Of a DNA stretch of 64,000 bases, positions 19,184 to 28,151 are shown one piece after another. The first letter of the stretch is position 1. Every line of letters begins with the position of its first letter. The notes beneath the pieces are model-generated. The model had not been told where the DNA came from. It did not search any database and saw nothing but the letters and a program-made list of their open reading frames with translations. The DNA is from Clostridia bacterium (GTDB lineage: Bacteria > Bacillota > Clostridia > Christensenellales > CAG-917). The position numbers and the translations under genes were made by a program. The DNA lies in contig JAFZMH010000007.1 of the NCBI GenBank assembly GCA_017553325.1, positions 32,751-96,750 of the forward strand, written 5' to 3'.

Positions 19184-19903
19184 TTATTTTTTACGTTTCT
19201 TTTTCTTTTTGGGCAAAAATTCGCATACGTCCGCTTCGGCAAGCAAATCGGGGCGATTTTTCATCGTGATTTCAAGAGATTTTTCAAGTCTCCACGCCTC
19301 GATATCCTTATGATTGCCGTCCAGCAAAACTCTCGGTACGCTCACGCCTTTGAAAACCTCGGGGCGCGTGTATTGCGGATATTCGAGAAGTCCGTTTGCA
19401 AAACTCTCTTCCTCTGTCGAAGCGTTTGAGCCGAGCACTCCGTCAATGTATCGCGCAACGGCGTTTATCGTGACAAGCGCAGGCAGTTCTCCGCCCGTCA
19501 ACACGTAGTCGCCAATCGACAATTCCTCGTCGAAATATAGGTCCAAAACTCTTTGGTCGACGCCTTCGTAGTCTCCGCAAAGAATTAAAATTCTTTGTTC
19601 ATTTGCAAGACTCTCGACTCTTTGTTGATTGAGCCTTGCGCCTCTCGGAGACATATACACTCGCCACGCCTCGTGATTTTTATCAACCGCCTCAATGGCG
19701 CGCGCTATCGGCTCGGGCGTCATGAGCATTCCCGCTCCGCCTCCGTAGGGAGCGTCGTCCGTCTTTTTGTGCTTGTCGAGCGTGAAATCTCTTATATTCG
19801 TCACGCGCACGTCAAAAACACCGCCTTCGATCGCTTTGCCGACGAGGCTTTGCTTGAGCACGTCAAAATATTCGGGAAATACGGTTAGAATATCGAATTT
19901 CAT
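19184..19903 (-). CDS. trmD: tRNA (guanine37-N1)-methyltransferase
   Basis: 239 aa. DDAPYGGGAGMLM and LCGDYEGVDQRV motifs. Confidence 0.95.
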   Translation of the reverse strand: MKFDILTVFPEYFDVLKQSLVGKAIEGGVFDVRVTNIRDFTLDKHKKTDDAPYGGGAGMLMTPEPIARAIEAVDKNHEAWRVYMSPRGARLNQQRVESLANEQRILILCGDYEGVDQRVLDLYFDEELSIGDYVLTGGELPALVTINAVARYIDGVLGSNASTEEESFANGLLEYPQYTRPEVFKGVSVPRVLLDGNHKDIEAWRLEKSLEITMKNRPDLLAEADVCEFLPKKKKKRKK

Positions 19904-19916
19904 GAGAGTTTCAGCC

Positions 19917-20420
19917 TTAATTGTACACTGCGACGCGGTTGAACACCATATCGTCGAGCACCATTTCGCCCTTTTCGAGGTCTACGGATTTGATGAGTTT
20001 TTTAAGCGCGGGGAAAGAACAACTTCCCTCCGCCGTCTTGACGACGTAAACGTCCGCCGAGCCGTACTGCAATACGTCAACGAGTTCGCCTATACGTTCG
20101 CCCGCTACGAGCACGTCAAGCCCCAAAAGGTCTGCGATATAGTAGTTGCCGTCCGCAAGTTTTGGCAAATCGTGACGGGATACCGAAATCATCTTTCCGC
20201 GCAAAAGTTCGGCGGAGTCCATATCGTCCACACCTTTTAAAGCGAGTATGCCAAAGGCTCCGTCGAGCGTGAGTTTGGAAATTTCATACTCGACTCCGTC
20301 GAGTCTTAGTTTTTTGAGAGTCGAAAATCGCGCGGGATTGCTGGAGAACGTCTCGATTTTGACGTCCCCCTTGATTCCGTGCGGTTTCAACACTTTGCCA
20401 ATCGTAAGTTCAGTTTTCAT
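19917..20420 (-). CDS. rimM: 16S rRNA processing protein RimM
   Basis: Start trimmed to ATG 20420 (MKTELTIGKVLKPHGIKGDVKI). 11-nt overlap with the KH gene stop. Confidence 0.88.
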   Translation of the reverse strand: MKTELTIGKVLKPHGIKGDVKIETFSSNPARFSTLKKLRLDGVEYEISKLTLDGAFGILALKGVDDMDSAELLRGKMISVSRHDLPKLADGNYYIADLLGLDVLVAGERIGELVDVLQYGSADVYVVKTAEGSCSFPALKKLIKSVDLEKGEMVLDDMVFNRVAVYN

Positions 20421-20649
20421 CCTTCTCTTCGATAACGACGTTGTATCGTACGCTGCTCTTCGCGCTTGCGGACTTGACGAGAGTGCGGATAGCCTTTGCA
20501 ATTCTGCCCTGCTTTCCAATCACTTTGCCGATATCCTTCTTCGCGATAGTGACGACGATGTCTTCCGTCATATCACCGTCTCTCATCTCAACGGTATAAT
20601 CTCCGTCGGGGACAAGTGCGGAAACGAGATATTCAACAAGTTCAATCAT
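20410..20649 (-). CDS. ylqC: KH-domain RNA-binding protein (YlqC/UPF0109)
   Basis: 79 aa. KKDIGKVIGKQGRIAKAIRTLV KH GXXG motif. Conserved position between rpsP and rimM. Confidence 0.88.
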   Translation of the reverse strand: MIELVEYLVSALVPDGDYTVEMRDGDMTEDIVVTIAKKDIGKVIGKQGRIAKAIRTLVKSASAKSSVRYNVVIEEKDEN

Positions 20650-20661
20650 AATCTTCTCCGA

Positions 20662-20910
20662 TTACTTTCTTTCGATGATACCTTGTTGTTTCAAAAGACC
20701 ACTGACCGTTGCGGTTGGTTGAGCGCCCTTTGCAAGCCATTCTTTTGCCTTGTCGGCGTCGATAACGATTTGCTTCGGGTCGGAAACGGGGTTATAAAAA
20801 CCGATTTGGTCGATATATTCGCCGTCTCTTGCTTTTCTCGAATCGATTGCGACGATGCGGTAGAAGGGTTGTTTCTTTGCGCCCATTCTGGTGAGTCTGA
20901 GTTTTACCAT
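20662..20910 (-). CDS. rpsP: 30S ribosomal protein S16
   Basis: Start trimmed to ATG 20910 (RBS GGAGG). [30 protein letters not shown]. Confidence 0.96.
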   Translation of the reverse strand: MVKLRLTRMGAKKQPFYRIVAIDSRKARDGEYIDQIGFYNPVSDPKQIVIDADKAKEWLAKGAQPTATVSGLLKQQGIIERK

Positions 20911-21089
20911 TGTGTGTTCCTCCAATGTTTGTATATTTTTGTTTTTCGTTTATCTTTGGTGCAATTTGATTTGCACGCTTTATTATCGTTTTGTCAAAAC
21001 TATTACAATTTTTGCCGTTTTTTGAAATACTTTCGTGCGATATTGACGCTTACGGTAGGTTCAAACGGTAAGAATTTAGGGTTTTGCGA

Positions 21090-22427
21090 TTAGAACGGGA
21101 AACCGCCATTCATATTGCGAAGAGCCTTCATTCCGCCCTTTTGCATCCTCGCCATCATATCTTTTGTGAGTTCGAATTGCTTCAAAAGTTGGTTTACTTC
21201 CTGAATCGTCGTTCCGCTTCCCTTTGCGATTCTCTTCTTTTGAGAGGACTTGATGACGTCGGGGTTTCTGCGCTCTTTCATCGTCATTGACTGAATGATT
21301 GCCTTCGTGTGCTTGATTTGATTCTCGTCGACTTTTGCGTCTTTCAGTTGACTCCTGTTGAGCCCCGGAATCATCGACATCATATCTTGCAGATTGCCCA
21401 TCTTCTTCATGCTCTCAAGCTGTTTGAGATAATCGTCCAATGTGAAAGAATTCTCTTTAAGCTTTTTTTGGAGCGCAAGCGCCTCCTCTTGAGAGATTGC
21501 GTCCTGCGCCTTTTCGATGAGAGTGAGCACGTCGCCCATACCGAGTATTCTCGACGCCATACGTTCGGGATGGAAAGGCTCTAGGTCTTCCATCTTCTCC
21601 CCCGTTCCGTTGAACTTGATGGGTTTGCCCGTCACCGCCTTAATTGAAAGCGCCGCGCCGCCGCGAGTGTCGCCGTCGAGTTTGGTCATAATAACGCCCG
21701 TGATGTCGAGAGTCTTGTTGAACGTATCTGCAACCGTCACCGCGTCTTGTCCCGTCATAGAATCGACTACAAGCAGAATTTCAGTCGGGTTGACGGCTTT
21801 TTTGACGTTTACGAGTTCGTTCATCAACGCTTCGTCGATATGCAAACGCCCGGCAGTGTCGATTATCACGGTGTCGTAGCCGTTTTTGAGTGCGAATTCG
21901 ATTGAACTCTTTGCAATCTTGACGGGGTCGATTTGTCCCATTTCAAAGACTTCCGTTCCCGCCTTCTTGCCGACCACTTTGAGTTGTTGAATTGCCGCCG
22001 GTCTATATACGTCGCAAGCGGCGAGCAAAACTTTCTTGCCCTGCTTTTTGAGATATGCGACGAGTTTTCCGCACATCGTCGTCTTGCCTGCGCCCTGCAA
22101 ACCGCACATCATATAGACCGTGGGTTGTCTGTCGCTGACGGCGAGTTTTTGATGAGTTGAGCCCATCAATGCGCAGAGTTCGTCGTTTACGATTTTTACA
22201 ATCTGTTGTGCGGGCGTCAAGGACTTCAAAATATCCTCTCCGAGCGCCTTTTCGCTGACTTTTGCGGTGAAATCTTTGACGACTTGATAGTTGACGTCCG
22301 CCTCTAAAAGAGCGACGCGAATTTCACGCATAGCCTGCTTTATTTCAAGTTCCGTAAGTTTGCCTCTGTTGCGGAGTTTTGAAAATATATGATTCATTCT
22401 GTCTGACAAACTTTCAAATAATGCCAT
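21090..22427 (-). CDS. ffh: Signal recognition particle protein Ffh
   Basis: 445 aa. N, G (GLQGAGKTT, DTAGR, TKLDG) and Met-rich M domains. Confidence 0.97.
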   Translation of the reverse strand: MALFESLSDRMNHIFSKLRNRGKLTELEIKQAMREIRVALLEADVNYQVVKDFTAKVSEKALGEDILKSLTPAQQIVKIVNDELCALMGSTHQKLAVSDRQPTVYMMCGLQGAGKTTMCGKLVAYLKKQGKKVLLAACDVYRPAAIQQLKVVGKKAGTEVFEMGQIDPVKIAKSSIEFALKNGYDTVIIDTAGRLHIDEALMNELVNVKKAVNPTEILLVVDSMTGQDAVTVADTFNKTLDITGVIMTKLDGDTRGGAALSIKAVTGKPIKFNGTGEKMEDLEPFHPERMASRILGMGDVLTLIEKAQDAISQEEALALQKKLKENSFTLDDYLKQLESMKKMGNLQDMMSMIPGLNRSQLKDAKVDENQIKHTKAIIQSMTMKERRNPDVIKSSQKKRIAKGSGTTIQEVNQLLKQFELTKDMMARMQKGGMKALRNMNGGFPF

Positions 22428-22428
22428 A

Positions 22429-22776
22429 TCAGTCCTCCAAAACGCGCTTTATTTGCGCTATTGCCTCCAAAACCTCTTGGCTCTGCCCTTCCGTTTCCAA
22501 AGACTTCAGCGCCTGCAAAATGCTTGCGTCCTTTGCGATGAGCCCGAGTTTTGCATCGTACTCGCGAAGTGATTTCTCCCCCTTTGCCAAACTGTCCGCA
22601 ACCGCCTGACGGGACACGTCGTAAATCTCGGCTATCTCGGCAAGAGACAGGTCCTCGTCATAGTGCATTTTGAGCATATCGTTCTGCTTCTTCGTGAGAA
22701 GCGCGCCGTAATAGCTCCTGAGAGTGGCAATTTCAAAGAATTTCACTTTATACCTCAAAAAATAAGTGGCAAGCAT
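22429..22776 (-). CDS. ylxM: YlxM family (UPF0122) putative DNA-binding protein
   Basis: 115 aa. YYGALLTKKQNDMLKMHYDEDLSLAEIAEIYDVSRQAV sigma-r4-like HTH. Conserved position upstream of ffh. RBS AAGGTGG. Confidence 0.88.
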   Translation of the reverse strand: MLATYFLRYKVKFFEIATLRSYYGALLTKKQNDMLKMHYDEDLSLAEIAEIYDVSRQAVADSLAKGEKSLREYDAKLGLIAKDASILQALKSLETEGQSQEVLEAIAQIKRVLED

Positions 22777-22785
22777 TTTTGCTTA
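22770..22785. repeat. 16-nt direct repeat caagcatttttgctta, copy 1 (overlaps the ylxM start codon)
   Basis: Identical to 22818-22833. Contains the inverted arms AAGCA/TGCTT. Confidence 0.9.
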
Positions 22786-22792
22786 CCACCTT

Positions 22793-22820
22793 ATTATACA
22801 TATTAAAACTTTGCTGTCAA
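22793..22820 (-). promoter_or_regulatory. Promoter-like element (TTGACA-16-TATAAT) upstream of ylxM-ffh
   Basis: On the minus strand, TTGACA is at 22820-22815 (inside repeat copy 2) and TATAAT at 22798-22793. The predicted start is about 22786, which would remove the ylxM SD. Confidence 0.55.
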
Positions 22821-22833
22821 GCATTTTTGCTTA
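22818..22833. repeat. 16-nt direct repeat caagcatttttgctta, copy 2 (overlaps the -35)
   Basis: Identical to 22770-22785, offset 48 bp. Confidence 0.9.
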
Positions 22834-22912
22834 ACATTCACAATATTTATTAAATATTTAAGATATTTTAAAATTCAACTCTACCGGATTAAACTTAATT
22901 AATTATTTGGGT

Positions 22913-22973
22913 GCGATTGTTTGTATGAGTTTCGAGGCAGAATGCTCTAACAAAGAAAACCGCCAAACAGCGC
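22913..22973 (+). repeat. AYGAG-core structured intergenic element, copy A (short form)
   Basis: Closing helix tgtttg (22918-23) / caaaca (22964-69), extended by gcg/cgc. Core ATGAG-TTTC-GAGGCAG-[gca gaa tgc hairpin]-CTCTAACAAA-GAAA-ACCGC. Ends 3 nt before the ftsY stop codon (22976-78). Confidence 0.75.
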
Positions 22974-22975
22974 GC

Positions 22976-23869
22976 TCAAAGCAATGCGTTAATGAAATCC
23001 GTCGCGTCAAACGGAATTAAATCATCAATTTTCTCGCCAACACCTACGTATACGACGGGAAGCCCAATCTCGTCGCTGATTGCAAGCACGACGCCGCCCT
23101 TTGCGGTTCCGTCGAGTTTTGTGAGGATAATGCCGTCCGTTTCAATGTCTTCCGAGAAGATTTGCGCCTGCGACACCGCGTTTTGTCCCGTCGTGGCGTC
23201 GAGCACGAGATACTTCCTGAAATCTGCCTCGGGCAATTCTCTGTCCACGACGCGACAAATCTTTTGAAGTTCCGCCATAAGGTTCTTCTTGTTGTGAAGT
23301 CTGCCTGCGGTGTCCACCAAAATCACGTCGTTTCCTCTCGCCTTTGCGCTGGATATTGCGTCGAATACGACAGCCGCGGGGTCCGCGCCCTCGTTGTGGC
23401 GTATAACTCTGACGCCCGCTCGCTCGCCCCAAACTTCAAGCTGTTCGCTTGCAGCCGCTCTAAACGTGTCCGCGGCAGCCACGACGACGCTCTTGCCCTG
23501 CTCTTTGAACATGTGTGCAAGTTTGCCGACAGCCGTAGTCTTGCCCACGCCGTTGACGCCGGACAGGAGTATAACGAGCGGATATTCGTATTCCGGCACG
23601 TCGTAGTCGATGTCCTCAATCATGATTTTGCGGAGCAATTCTTTTGCGTCTTCCGGCTTTTTTATCTTCTCCTTGAAGGCTCTGTCTTTGAGTTCCTCGA
23701 TGAGGTTTTCAGTCGCCGTAAGCCCGACGTCCGCCGTCAAAAGTGCTTCCTCTAAACTCTCGTAAAACTCGTCGTCAAGTTCGCGAGCGGAAAATGCAAA
23801 GAACAACTTTTTTGAAAAAGCGTCCTTCGTCTTTTTTATACCTTCTGCAATTTTTTTGAAAAAACCCAT
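22976..23869 (-). CDS. ftsY: Signal recognition particle receptor FtsY
   Basis: 297 aa. GVNGVGKTT, DTAGR, TKLDG SRP-GTPase motifs. Confidence 0.96.
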   Translation of the reverse strand: MGFFKKIAEGIKKTKDAFSKKLFFAFSARELDDEFYESLEEALLTADVGLTATENLIEELKDRAFKEKIKKPEDAKELLRKIMIEDIDYDVPEYEYPLVILLSGVNGVGKTTAVGKLAHMFKEQGKSVVVAAADTFRAAASEQLEVWGERAGVRVIRHNEGADPAAVVFDAISSAKARGNDVILVDTAGRLHNKKNLMAELQKICRVVDRELPEADFRKYLVLDATTGQNAVSQAQIFSEDIETDGIILTKLDGTAKGGVVLAISDEIGLPVVYVGVGEKIDDLIPFDATDFINALL

Positions 23870-23875
23870 CTTGTC

Positions 23876-26800
23876 CTACTTTTGATTTGAATACTTTTCA
23901 GCCTCTTCGAATTCGATTGAGACTATCTTGGTGACGCCTTTTTCCTCCATCGTGACACCGAAAATCGTGTCCGCGTGACGCATTGTCGGCTTTCTGTGCG
24001 TGATGACGATAAACTGCGTGAAATCGCTGAATTTCTTCAAGAACTCCGCGAACAAATTGACGTTCGCATCGTCGAGCGCTGCTTCGATTTCGTCGAGCAC
24101 GCAGAAAGGCATCGGCTTGAGTTTCAATATTGCGAACAATATTGAAATTGCCGTAAGGGCCTGCTCGCCACCGCTCAAAAGGCTGATGTTTTGAAGTTTC
24201 TTTCCGGGCGGTTGAGCAAATATTTCTATGCCCGCTTCAAGCACGTCGTCCGTCTCCTTCATATCGAGACGAAGCTCGCCCTTGCCACCGCCGAATAGTT
24301 GCTCGAACACCGCCTTGAAGTTTTCGTTGATTTGCTCGAACGCAACGCTGAACTTCTCCTGCATCTCGCCCGTGAGTTCCTTGATGACGGTGACTATGTC
24401 GTCGTACGCTTTTTGGATGTCGTCTCTATAACTTGTCTGTTCTTCGAGACGCGCCTCGGTTTCTTTCAAGGTTTCAAGCGCGAGCGGGTTGACGTCTCCC
24501 AAGCGGTTTATGGACTTTTTGAGTTCGGTAATCACGGTTTGCGCGCCGTGCGCCTTGAACTCTTCATCCTTGAACTCGAGCGCGCTCGCATACGTCAAGT
24601 CGTATTCCTCGAGGATATAATTCTGCTGGTTGCGAATTTCAATATCAACGTTTTCGAGCATCGCTTCGTCGCGAATTTTCTTCTCGTTGATTGCGTTGCG
24701 CTCGTTGAACACTTCCGTCTTTTGCCTGTCGAGAGCGACGATTTCGTCGGAGATGTTGCGTTTTCTCTCGTTGAGAGCCGCAATCTCGTCTTCGAGTCGC
24801 TTTATCTTTGCTATATCTTCGGGTGAGAAACTCGTCTTTTCAGGCGCGGATGAAATCATTTCAAGGCTGTTTTCCGCCTTCTTGACCTCCGCGATAAGGT
24901 CGAGTTTGTCCTCTTCAAGGCTCTCCTTTTCTTTGGAAATACGGAAGGTCTCCGCATCGCAGTTGTCAAGCGCAGATTTTTGCTCGGCAAGTTTCAGTTT
25001 TATCTCCATAACCTTGGCGGACATAACTTCTCTCTCGCTCTTTTGCTCGGAGTTTTTGTCCTTTAAGGAGAGTAAATCGTTGTAAATCTCTCGCTTGGAC
25101 GCGACCTCGGCTTCGAGTTTTTCAATCGAGCCTATCTTGCTTGCAAGCTCCTCGATTTGCGCTTTGACCTTTTCAAATTCGATGGTATCGTTTTTGATTT
25201 CGAGTTGAAGTGCCTCGCTGACGTCGAGCGCCTGCTTTGATTTGTCCTCGTTCAAACCGCTCTCTATGCGCAATTCGCCGAGTTGCCCCGAGATCTCTTC
25301 GATACGCGTCGCATATTCCTCTATCTCACGCTCGCGTTCGCTTCTCTGCTCGCCTAGTTTTTCGATATTGTGTCTAATCTTGTCAAGATTGAGTTGAGCG
25401 TTTTCGATATTCTTTTCTTGCGCGAGAAGACCTCTCGTTTGATTGCGTCTCGAACCGCCCGTGATTTCGCCGTTTCTCGCAAAAATATCGCCGTCCAACG
25501 TGACGATCTTGAAGGCTTGATTATATTTTTTGAATAGTCTCGTCGCGTTGTCGATGTTGTTTACGACGACTGTCGTGCCGAGCAACGTCTCGATAAATCT
25601 AGAAAAACGCTTGTCCGAGGACACGAGGTCGCTTGCAAGCCCGAAGCAACCCGGTTCTTTCAAGACTTCTCTCTCCTCGCCGACGAGGGTGTGCGGACGG
25701 CAAGCCGTCAAAGGTCTGAACGTCACGCGCCCGTAGTTCTTTTGTTTCAAGTAATTGATGAGGTCGCCCGCCTCTCTCTCGCTCTCGACGAGGACGTTTT
25801 GCATCGCTCCGCCAAGCGCGTATTCGATTGCCGCCTCGTATTCGCTCGGGACGCTCAAAACCTCCGCGAGCACTCCCATAATCTTACTCTTGACAACAGG
25901 ATCGTGTTTTGCGTCCTGCATGAGCCTTTGGACGGCTTCCTGATAGCCTTGATAGTCCTCTTTGGACTGCTTGTAAAGTTTGAGTTGCCCCTCTGCGATT
26001 GCAAGCTTTTGAGTGAGCGATTGAATATCTTCGCCGAGTGCCTTGACAGCCTCTTGAGCCTCGAGTTTTTCGGACAAGGACTCGTTGTACTCCTCGGTCA
26101 GACCGCGCATGGTTTCCTTTATGCTCTTGACCTTTCCGCCGTATATAGATAGATCCGTGAGCGCTTCCGAAAGTCTCGATTTCTTTTGCTCCAACAAACT
26201 TGAAAGGGTCTTGGCGCGCTCGTCGTAGATTGCCTTCTCTGTCGAATAGCCCGTGAGATTGGTTTTTAGAGCGGACAAATCTTCGACGGCTTTGATATAG
26301 CTGGCGTTGCTCTTTTCAAGCGAGGTCTCTTGCCCCTCGATGGACTGCAAAAGATAAGCGTATTTGCTTTGCAACTCTTCGTGTTCTTTGGATATTTTTA
26401 TGTACTCCGCAAGATAGCTTTCCTTCTTCGCCTGCGTCTCGTCTATGAGTTTGGACTTTACGACGAGTTGCTCGTCCACGGAAGCAAGTTCCGCGTTCAA
26501 CCTCGCAATCTCGGACTGCAAGTTGTTGATTTTCTCCTTGACGAGATTTGCGGTGCCCGCGACGCGCTCTGCGTCGACCTTCAAGGACAAGAGTTCCGCA
26601 TTGTCCTCGTCGTATACACGGTCAATAGAACTGCTCTCTACGATACAATGGTCATAGCGCTCGCAAATCTCTCTGTATTGCATATCCTTGACCTTCAAGT
26701 CCTTGTCGGCAATCGCAATACGATTGTTGATGTTTTGCTTGGTCGTTTGAACGTTGTCGTATTTGTAGATATAGTAGTTGACTTCGTTGTACTTCAAGTC

Positions 26801-27469
26801 CTCTTTGAGCTCGAAATACTTCTTTGCTGTCTCTGCCTGCTTGCGGAGCGGGTTTATTTGACGCTCGATTTCCGCGATAACGTCGTTTGCCGTCTGCAAG
26901 TTCATTGCCGTCTTTTCAAGCTTATTTTCCGCCTCGTTGCGCTGCGCGCGGAACTTGGATATGCCTGCCGCTTCCTCAAAGATATGACGTCTGTCGTCGG
27001 GTTTTGCGGACATAATCTCAGCGACTCTGCCCTGACCGATGATAGAATAGCCCTCTTTGCCGATGCCGGTGTCTCTGAAGAGCGCGACGATATCCTTCAT
27101 TCTGCAGCGAGTTTTGTTGATATAGTACTCGCTGAGTCCCGAACGGTCAAGCCTTCTCGTGATTACGACTTCGTCGTACGGAAGCGAGGGGAAAATGTGC
27201 TGTCCTTCGTTGTTGAAAGTGAGCGACACTTCGCAGTAAGACACGCTCTTACGTTTTTCGGTACCAGCAAAGATAACGTCTTGCATATTCTTTCCGCGGA
27301 GTTGCTTTGCACTCTGCTCGCCAAGCGTCCATCTTATCGCGTCCGCAACGTTTGATTTTCCGCAACCGTTCGGTCCTATAATCGCGGTGACGCCTTCTTG
27401 GAAAGGAATTTCGACCCTATCCGCAAAAGATTTGAAACCGCGAAGTTCGATTTTGACGAAATTTAACAA
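23876..27469 (-). CDS. smc: Chromosome segregation protein SMC
   Basis: 1197 aa. N-terminal GPNGCGKSN Walker A, long coiled coils, hinge, C-terminal LSGGEQALTAISILFA signature and CVLDEIEAALD. TTG start with RBS AAGGAAGG 8 nt upstream. Confidence 0.96.
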   Translation of the reverse strand: MLNFVKIELRGFKSFADRVEIPFQEGVTAIIGPNGCGKSNVADAIRWTLGEQSAKQLRGKNMQDVIFAGTEKRKSVSYCEVSLTFNNEGQHIFPSLPYDEVVITRRLDRSGLSEYYINKTRCRMKDIVALFRDTGIGKEGYSIIGQGRVAEIMSAKPDDRRHIFEEAAGISKFRAQRNEAENKLEKTAMNLQTANDVIAEIERQINPLRKQAETAKKYFELKEDLKYNEVNYYIYKYDNVQTTKQNINNRIAIADKDLKVKDMQYREICERYDHCIVESSSIDRVYDEDNAELLSLKVDAERVAGTANLVKEKINNLQSEIARLNAELASVDEQLVVKSKLIDETQAKKESYLAEYIKISKEHEELQSKYAYLLQSIEGQETSLEKSNASYIKAVEDLSALKTNLTGYSTEKAIYDERAKTLSSLLEQKKSRLSEALTDLSIYGGKVKSIKETMRGLTEEYNESLSEKLEAQEAVKALGEDIQSLTQKLAIAEGQLKLYKQSKEDYQGYQEAVQRLMQDAKHDPVVKSKIMGVLAEVLSVPSEYEAAIEYALGGAMQNVLVESEREAGDLINYLKQKNYGRVTFRPLTACRPHTLVGEEREVLKEPGCFGLASDLVSSDKRFSRFIETLLGTTVVVNNIDNATRLFKKYNQAFKIVTLDGDIFARNGEITGGSRRNQTRGLLAQEKNIENAQLNLDKIRHNIEKLGEQRSEREREIEEYATRIEEISGQLGELRIESGLNEDKSKQALDVSEALQLEIKNDTIEFEKVKAQIEELASKIGSIEKLEAEVASKREIYNDLLSLKDKNSEQKSEREVMSAKVMEIKLKLAEQKSALDNCDAETFRISKEKESLEEDKLDLIAEVKKAENSLEMISSAPEKTSFSPEDIAKIKRLEDEIAALNERKRNISDEIVALDRQKTEVFNERNAINEKKIRDEAMLENVDIEIRNQQNYILEEYDLTYASALEFKDEEFKAHGAQTVITELKKSINRLGDVNPLALETLKETEARLEEQTSYRDDIQKAYDDIVTVIKELTGEMQEKFSVAFEQINENFKAVFEQLFGGGKGELRLDMKETDDVLEAGIEIFAQPPGKKLQNISLLSGGEQALTAISILFAILKLKPMPFCVLDEIEAALDDANVNLFAEFLKKFSDFTQFIVITHRKPTMRHADTIFGVTMEEKGVTKIVSIEFEEAEKYSNQK

Positions 27470-27539
27470 AATCTTTACCTTCCTTATTTAATAAGGAAAT
27501 ATTAACACACAAACCGTACTATTTCAAGTGTTTTACATT

Positions 27540-27574
27540 TGTTTCACAAATGTTTCACAGATTTTTGTGAAACA
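27540..27574. promoter_or_regulatory. Triple 9-mer TGTTTCACA motif (two direct, one inverted) upstream of smc
   Basis: tgtttcaca at 27540-48 and 27551-59 (11-bp phase), inverted tgtgaaaca at 27566-74. Lies just upstream of a TTGAAA-16-TTAATA promoter candidate (minus strand, 27527-27500). Confidence 0.4.
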
Positions 27575-27601
27575 TGACAAAAGTTTGTCAACGCTACGAG
27601 T

Positions 27602-27645
27602 TAAAAAAACGAAATAAAAGTCGTGGCGGTTTGCCCCGCCACGAC
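27602..27645 (-). terminator. Rho-independent terminator after the DUF3021-like gene
   Basis: 10-bp GC-rich stem gtcgtggcgg/ccgccacgac. On the minus strand it is followed by ttttatttcgttttttt. Confidence 0.85.
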
Positions 27646-27713
27646 GATTTAACACGGTTAGAATGCCGATTTTTTATTTGTGAACTAATTGGCCTAAATT
27701 TTGACGATTGCTT

Positions 27714-28151
27714 TCAGCCTTGCAAGTTTTTGTTGAGTTTCTTTGCCGCTGCTGTCACCGAGAGATAAATTATTCCCCAAATAAGCGCGTACCCTGCGAC
27801 GAAAGCGCCTGTGAAAATCAAGATTAATTGCCAACGAAGCGGTATCCAGTTGTTTATGAGATAGGCGCAAACGTATGTCGCGTAAAGACAGAGTAATTGC
27901 AGTCCCGCAGATTTTATCGGCGACCAACTTTCAATCTGATGAAATACCGACGTTCCCGCCTGTGCAAACGCTATGAGATAGCCTGAAAATACTGCCAGCA
28001 GTATTTGCCACCCCGCAAGATTCAAATCGGTCTTGATTCCGACAAAAGCCAACACGATGCCGACCACTATGCACCCCAAACCGCCGAAAACGAGTCCGCG
28101 ATGTAAAAATTCTTTGAGATATGGGTTGATACGTCTTTTTTCTGTTTTCAT
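27714..28151 (-). CDS. Small 4-TM membrane protein (DUF3021-like), putative partner/inhibitor of the LytTR regulator
   Basis: 145 aa with four hydrophobic segments. The start ATG overlaps the LytTR gene stop (ATGA at 28148-28151). Confidence 0.7.
   Translation of the reverse strand: MKTEKRRINPYLKEFLHRGLVFGGLGCIVVGIVLAFVGIKTDLNLAGWQILLAVFSGYLIAFAQAGTSVFHQIESWSPIKSAGLQLLCLYATYVCAYLINNWIPLRWQLILIFTGAFVAGYALIWGIIYLSVTAAAKKLNKNLQG

Noticed and set aside
27540-27574. CRP/FNR or Rex box interpretation of the TGTTTCACA repeats.
   Set aside because: The arms are in the opposite order (TCACA-N-TGTGA) to the TGTGA-N6-TCACA and TTGTGAA-N4-TTCACAA consensi.
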